Source: Candidatus Omnitrophota bacterium (GTDB lineage Bacteria > Omnitrophota > Gorgyraeia > Tantalellales > Tantalellaceae). Taken from it: a stretch of 64,000 nucleotides of DNA. The stretch spans positions 10,773 to 74,772 of the forward strand of contig JBDRBY010000081.1 in assembly GCA_043822245.1 (NCBI GenBank). The letters run 5' to 3'. Below the pieces are notes generated by a model that was given only the letters and a program-made list of their open reading frames with translations, was not told the DNA's origin and made no database searches. The position numbers and the translations under genes are program-made. Within the stretch, counting starts at the first letter, position 1. Every line of letters starts with the position of its first letter. Shown here one piece after another: positions 59,095 to 64,000 of the stretch.

Positions 59095-61902
59095 ATGGAT
59101 AAGATAGGGTATAAAGACACACTTAATCTTCCGCGCGCCTCATTTTCAATGAAGGCGAATCTTCCTCAGAAGGAGCCTGAGATGCTAAGGGAGTGGGGGG
59201 AACGTGATATTTACGGACAGATACTTAAAAAACGTAAAAACGCGCGTAAAAATTTTATTTTACATGACGGCCCGCCATACGCGAATGGACATATACATAT
59301 GGGCCATGTGCTTAACAAAATACTAAAGGATATGAGTGTTAAGTATTTCACGATGAAGGGTTTTTTCACTCCATTTGTACCGGGTTGGGATTGTCATGGC
59401 CTGCCGGTGGAACATCAGCTTTTTAAGGAACTAAACATAACTAAGCACGAGATTGACCAGGCTACGTTTAGAAAAAAGGCGCGTAAGTACGCCATGAAGT
59501 ATGTAGGCATACAGTCTAAAGAATTTGAACGCTTAGGTATTTTTGGAGATTGGAAAAAACCGTATTTAACGATTGACCGCGCGTATGAAGCGGAGATACT
59601 TGCCGGGTTGGCGGATCTTTACGAAAAAGGATACATCTATAAGGATTTAAAACCCGTTAATTGGTGCAGAAAATGTGAAACAGCGCTCGCGGAGGCTGAA
59701 GTTGAATATGAGGATAAGGCGTCTCCGTCCGTGTATGTAAAATTCAAAGTGGATGGCGATAAGAAAGAGGGGAGCACATATTTTGTCATATGGACAACTA
59801 CGCCATGGACGCTTTTGGCAAACACTGCCGTCGCTCTGCATCCGGAGTTTATGTATTCCGTCCTTACTTCAGGGAGCGAAAATTGGATTATGGCAGAGGA
59901 ATTGGCGGAGCCTCTTATGAAAAAATTTGGTGTAAAAAATTATAAAGAAACCCGAAAAATTAGTGGAAAAACTCTCTCAGAGAAAATACAAAAGGTAAAA
60001 CATCCGTTTTTAGAAAGAGAGTCACGTGTTGTACTGGCTGATTATGTCACAAAAGAAGAGGGCACAGGGTGTGTGCATACAGCTCCCGGCCATGGACAGG
60101 AAGATTATCTAACGGGGAAAAAATACGGCCTTCCTATGATTATGCAGGTGGCACCGAATGGAAATTTTACGGGTGAAGCGGGTGAGTTTTCCGGACAAAA
60201 TGTACTAGAGGCTAATGGTGCTATAATTCAAAAAATGCGGGATAATGGAAGCCTTATTTTGGATGAAGAAGTGATTCACTCTTATCCGCACTGCTGGAGG
60301 TGCAAAGAACCTATAATTTTTCGCGCTACGCGGCAATGGTTTATGAATATAGGCCACCAAGGGCTTAGAGAAAAGATGCTTTCTTCGATTTGCAAAGATG
60401 TGGAATGGATTCCCCGCGTGGCAGAAGAGAGAATAGGTTCCATGATCGAGACCAGGCCGGATTGGTGCCTTTCACGGCAGAGGTATTGGGGAGTGCCTAT
60501 TCCCGCCTTTCGGTGTGTTTCGTGTGAAGAGAGTTTTACGACTAGCGATGTGATCCGAAAAGTATCAAATCTTACCAGGGATTTTGGCGCGGATGTCTGG
60601 TTTGAAAAACCGGCTGGTGAGTTTCTTCCAAAAAATGCTATATGCGGCAAATGCGGCGGGAAAGAGTTTGAGAAAGAAGAGGACATTCTTGATGTATGGT
60701 TTGATTCAGGGGTAAGCCATAAGGCTGTTTTAGAAACGAGAGAAGGTCTTAGTTTTCCCGCGGATTTGTATTTAGAGGGTTCGGACCAGCACAGAGGATG
60801 GTTTCAGTCTTCTCTTATTACGTCAATGGCGATAAAGGGACGCGCGCCTTATAAAAAAGTTCTGACCCATGGATTTGTGGTTGACGGTGAAGGCAAGAAG
60901 ATGTCTAAATCTGAAGGTAACGTTATCGGCCCTCAAGACGTAATGAAGAAATACGGGGCGGATATTCTGCGCCTGTGGGTTTCTTCAAGTGATTATGAGG
61001 GCGACATAAAACTGTCTCCGGAAATATTGGAACGCTTAGCGGATGGATATCGTAAGATACGCAATACTTTTAAATTTTTATTGAGCAACCTATATGATTT
61101 TGACATTTCCAGTAATTCAAGGCCAGTCAAAGGCCTTGAAGAGACGGACAAGTGGATGCTCAGCCGGCTTTATGGGATGGTTCAGGAAATAAATGGTTAT
61201 TATGAGAAATGGGAATTTCATAAAGTGTACAGGGCAGTGTATAATTTTTGTGTCTATGAGATAAGCGCGTTTTATCTTGATGTTGCTAAAGATGTTTTAT
61301 ACGTGGAGTCTTCCGATTCAAGCCAGAGAAGGTCCGCTCAAACAGTTATTTTTAACATACTAGATGTATTAGTCCGGATAACCGCGCCAATACTTTCCTT
61401 TACAGCGGAGGAAGCGTGGGGGTTTATTGAATACAAGGGTAAAGAGACAAGTGTTCATATGGCAGACTGGCCGGATGTCACGGGAGATCTGAAACTTTGG
61501 AAGAATGAGGCGCTTGACGCTAAATGGAAAACTATTTTAGCCTTAAGAGATAATGTGATGAAATTTTTAGAATTAAAACGCTCAGAAGGGCTTATCAAGA
61601 GTTCACTTGAGTCAGCCGTTGAATTTTATTCTGACAAAGAGGACATAAGAACTTTTATCAGGGAAAATATAAAACTTTTCCCAGGGCTTTTTAAGGTTTC
61701 ACAAGCATCTTTGATGGACACCTCTGATAACGAATTTAAGGATATTCCTGAACTTTGTATTAAGATAAAAATAACAAAAGCCGCGGGAAAAAAATGCCAG
61801 AGGTGCTGGAATTTCAGTGAAAATGTTGGGAAAGACAAAGATTTTCCTGATATATGCGAGCGGTGTTTCAGTGTGATACAAGAAAGGAGCCGTCATGGTT
61901 AA
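59095..61902 (+). CDS. ileS: Isoleucine--tRNA ligase
   Basis: 'HDGPPYANG.IHMGH', 'KMSKS', C-terminal 'CQRCW...CERC'. Confidence 0.98.
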   Translation: MDKIGYKDTLNLPRASFSMKANLPQKEPEMLREWGERDIYGQILKKRKNARKNFILHDGPPYANGHIHMGHVLNKILKDMSVKYFTMKGFFTPFVPGWDCHGLPVEHQLFKELNITKHEIDQATFRKKARKYAMKYVGIQSKEFERLGIFGDWKKPYLTIDRAYEAEILAGLADLYEKGYIYKDLKPVNWCRKCETALAEAEVEYEDKASPSVYVKFKVDGDKKEGSTYFVIWTTTPWTLLANTAVALHPEFMYSVLTSGSENWIMAEELAEPLMKKFGVKNYKETRKISGKTLSEKIQKVKHPFLERESRVVLADYVTKEEGTGCVHTAPGHGQEDYLTGKKYGLPMIMQVAPNGNFTGEAGEFSGQNVLEANGAIIQKMRDNGSLILDEEVIHSYPHCWRCKEPIIFRATRQWFMNIGHQGLREKMLSSICKDVEWIPRVAEERIGSMIETRPDWCLSRQRYWGVPIPAFRCVSCEESFTTSDVIRKVSNLTRDFGADVWFEKPAGEFLPKNAICGKCGGKEFEKEEDILDVWFDSGVSHKAVLETREGLSFPADLYLEGSDQHRGWFQSSLITSMAIKGRAPYKKVLTHGFVVDGEGKKMSKSEGNVIGPQDVMKKYGADILRLWVSSSDYEGDIKLSPEILERLADGYRKIRNTFKFLLSNLYDFDISSNSRPVKGLEETDKWMLSRLYGMVQEINGYYEKWEFHKVYRAVYNFCVYEISAFYLDVAKDVLYVESSDSSQRRSAQTVIFNILDVLVRITAPILSFTAEEAWGFIEYKGKETSVHMADWPDVTGDLKLWKNEALDAKWKTILALRDNVMKFLELKRSEGLIKSSLESAVEFYSDKEDIRTFIRENIKLFPGLFKVSQASLMDTSDNEFKDIPELCIKIKITKAAGKKCQRCWNFSENVGKDKDFPDICERCFSVIQERSRHG

Positions 61903-62311
61903 CAAAAAAAAGAAGACAGCGGGAAAACCTTATACTAAGAAAGAACTTGAGGCTATAAGAAAGTCTCTGGTGAAGGATAAGGCAAAAATTCTTAAAGATA
62001 TTATCGCTCTCAAAGGGTCGTCTCTGAATAAATCCCTTAAAGACGCCGCGGGAGATCTTTCAGGTTATTCGTTTCATATGGCAGATATGGCAACAGATCT
62101 CTACGATAGGGAGTTTTCTCTTGAATTGGCTGAGGGTGAAAGAGAAAGGCTTTACGCGTTAGATGATGCCCTAACTCGTATTAGGGAAAATAGTTACGGT
62201 AAATGCAGTGTATGCGGCAAGGCTATTCCACGTCAGCGGTTAAAAGCTATGCCACAGGCGGAATACTGTATTGAGTGTCAACAAGATCAGGAAAAGCCCA
62301 CGGATAGATAG
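61895..62311 (+). CDS. TraR/DksA C4 zinc-finger protein
   Basis: 'HMADMATD', 'YGKCSVC..IP..RL.A.P...CIEC'. Confidence 0.9.
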   Translation: MVNKKKKTAGKPYTKKELEAIRKSLVKDKAKILKDIIALKGSSLNKSLKDAAGDLSGYSFHMADMATDLYDREFSLELAEGERERLYALDDALTRIRENSYGKCSVCGKAIPRQRLKAMPQAEYCIECQQDQEKPTDR

Positions 62312-62313
62312 CA

Positions 62314-62745
62314 TTGAAGTATATCATCACGGTAGTTATATGCTTTTTAGATCAGTTGTCGAAATTTTTTATTGGCAAATTGATTGTCAGAGGGGACAGT
62401 GTTCCCATAGTCAAAAATATCTTTCACGTAACGCTTGTACATAACACGGGCGCGGCTTTTGGCATATTCAAGTCTTATCCTCATCTGTTTATAGTGATTG
62501 CTTTTTTAGCAGTCGGGTTTATTCTTTATCACTTAAGAAAAGCTCATACAATTAGTATCCTGGAGAGAACGGCTTTTTGTTTTATTCTGGGAGGAATTTT
62601 TGGTAATCTTATAGACAGGATAAGGTTCGGGTATGTGGTAGACTTCATCGATTTTAGAATCTGGCCTGTGTTTAATGTGGCGGACAGTTTTATTACTATG
62701 GGCGCGATTATGTTGTTGTGGTTGATTCTTGAGAGAAAAAGATAA
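62314..62745 (+). CDS. lspA: Signal peptidase II
   Basis: 'DQLSK', 'NTGAAFG', 'GNLIDR', 'VVDF', 'FNVAD'. Confidence 0.95.
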   Translation: MKYIITVVICFLDQLSKFFIGKLIVRGDSVPIVKNIFHVTLVHNTGAAFGIFKSYPHLFIVIAFLAVGFILYHLRKAHTISILERTAFCFILGGIFGNLIDRIRFGYVVDFIDFRIWPVFNVADSFITMGAIMLLWLILERKR

Positions 62746-62769
62746 AAGAGAGAGGGTAGAAAATACAAT

Positions 62770-63528
62770 ATGCATAGAGTTGTTTTTCAAATAGGATCAT
62801 TCACATTATATTCTTACGGAGTATTTGTGGCATTTGGCTTTTTGCTTGGCTCGAGTTTGATCTTGCGGCAAGCAAAAAAAAAGGGTTTTGATTCAGGCAG
62901 CATTTCAGATTGTTTAACTGCCGTTCTTATTGGCGGACTCTTAGGCGGCAGGCTTTTATTTGTGCTTATCAATTGGCAGCAATATTCTCAAAATATTTTG
63001 AGAATATTTATGATTTATGAAGGCGGGTTAGCGGTGCAGGGAGCGGTTGTAATGGGAATTTTGTCCGTAGCGCTGATTTCTCATATTAGAAAACTATCTT
63101 TTTGGAAAGTCAGTGATTTAATAGCTCCATATGTCGCTCTTGGCCAGGCCATGGGGAGGATTGGTTGTTTTTTGAATGGATGCTGTTACGGCAAACCGAT
63201 TGAGTCAGGCATAGGAGTTACTTTACGGGGAGAAAGCTTTAGGAGGATACCTACGCAAATTTATTCAAGTATCGGCCTTTTTTTTATATTCATTTTGCTA
63301 TTGTGGATTAGAAAAAAACATTCCTTTGACGGCCGGATTTTTATTGTATACATAATGCTATATTCTGGTTTTAGATTTTTTATGGATTTTCTCAGGGGGG
63401 ATGAATTAGCCCTTATTTATGGCGTAAAGTTGTCCCAGGCTATAGGTGCCCTGATGTTTGCCGCCGCGGCGGGGCTATACGCGATTCTGCGAAGGCGAGG
63501 TCAAGGTGTCACTAATGAAAAAACTTAA
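62770..63528 (+). CDS. lgt: Prolipoprotein diacylglyceryl transferase
   Basis: 'YSYG', 'GGL..G', 'GRIGCFLNGCCYG', 'RFFMDFLR'. Confidence 0.94.
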   Translation: MHRVVFQIGSFTLYSYGVFVAFGFLLGSSLILRQAKKKGFDSGSISDCLTAVLIGGLLGGRLLFVLINWQQYSQNILRIFMIYEGGLAVQGAVVMGILSVALISHIRKLSFWKVSDLIAPYVALGQAMGRIGCFLNGCCYGKPIESGIGVTLRGESFRRIPTQIYSSIGLFFIFILLLWIRKKHSFDGRIFIVYIMLYSGFRFFMDFLRGDELALIYGVKLSQAIGALMFAAAAGLYAILRRRGQGVTNEKT

Positions 63529-64000
63529 ATTCACTGCCGAACTTGCTGACGCGCGAACACGTCTGGATAAGTTTATTACGCTTAACTTGGGTGAAGAATA
63601 TTCCAGGAATTATGTTAAATTTTTAATAGAAAACGGGTTTGTTCATCTCGCGGGAAAGGAAATGAAACCTAGTTATCTTTTACGTAAAGGCGACGAAATC
63701 TCTCTGGAACTAGTGCCTTTGGAAGAGCCAAAATTAGCGGAACCGGAAAATATACCGCTAGACATTCTGTACGAGGATAAGAGCCTTTTGATAGTAAACA
63801 AGCCCGCTGGCATGGTTGTCCATCCGGCCTCGGGCAACAGAACGGGCACTTTTGTTAACGCGTTGCTCTACCATTGTAAAAATCTCGCGGATACAGGCAA
63901 CGGTTTACGGCCTGGTATAGTGCATAGATTGGATAAAGACACGACAGGTGTTATAGCGGCGGTAAAAAATGAAAGAGCTTTAAGGTCACTGGCAAAACAG
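63515..64000 (+). CDS. rluD: RluA-family pseudouridine synthase (RluD-like), runs off the window end
   Basis: Translated by hand: 'RLDKF' S4 domain, 'ILYED', 'NKPAGMVVHP', 'GIVHRLDKDTTG'. Confidence 0.9.
   Translation, partial: MKKLKFTAELADARTRLDKFITLNLGEEYSRNYVKFLIENGFVHLAGKEMKPSYLLRKGDEISLELVPLEEPKLAEPENIPLDILYEDKSLLIVNKPAGMVVHPASGNRTGTFVNALLYHCKNLADTGNGLRPGIVHRLDKDTTGVIAAVKNERALRSLAKQ

Overview
Bacterial chromosomal segment of roughly 40% GC in which every credible gene lies on the + strand. Gene content (many stand-alone PilZ proteins, a TIGR04073 protein, a large signal-peptide protein with an embedded enzyme domain, full peptidoglycan pathway, NfnAB) suggests an anaerobic diderm, most likely Omnitrophota/PVC superphylum; this taxonomy is inference. 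1-5.6 kb is the right end of a defence island: type III R-M Res subunit, a zinc-ribbon microprotein, a GHKL/MORC-like ATPase fused to a HEPN-like TIGR02391 domain, a C5 methyltransferase, Vsr, and a RES-domain gene truncated by an inverted-repeat element. 5.8-39 kb holds housekeeping and metabolic genes (PilZ proteins, HIT, thi4, panD, def, two CNNM genes, nfnAB, carB, guaA, purLQ, malic enzyme) and a 1149-aa secreted protein carrying an ARMT1/DUF89-like domain. 39-57 kb is a dcw cluster (mraZ to ftsA) that ends in a degenerate FtsA lacking most of the FtsZ-binding subdomain 2B, with no ftsZ following. The window ends with proC, yggT, yggU, mtnP, ileS, dksA-like, lspA, lgt and a partial rluD. 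Intergenic spaces and several gene ends are colonised by at least five palindromic or heptameric repeat families, some translated in frame. No rRNA, tRNA, CRISPR array or transposase gene was recognised.
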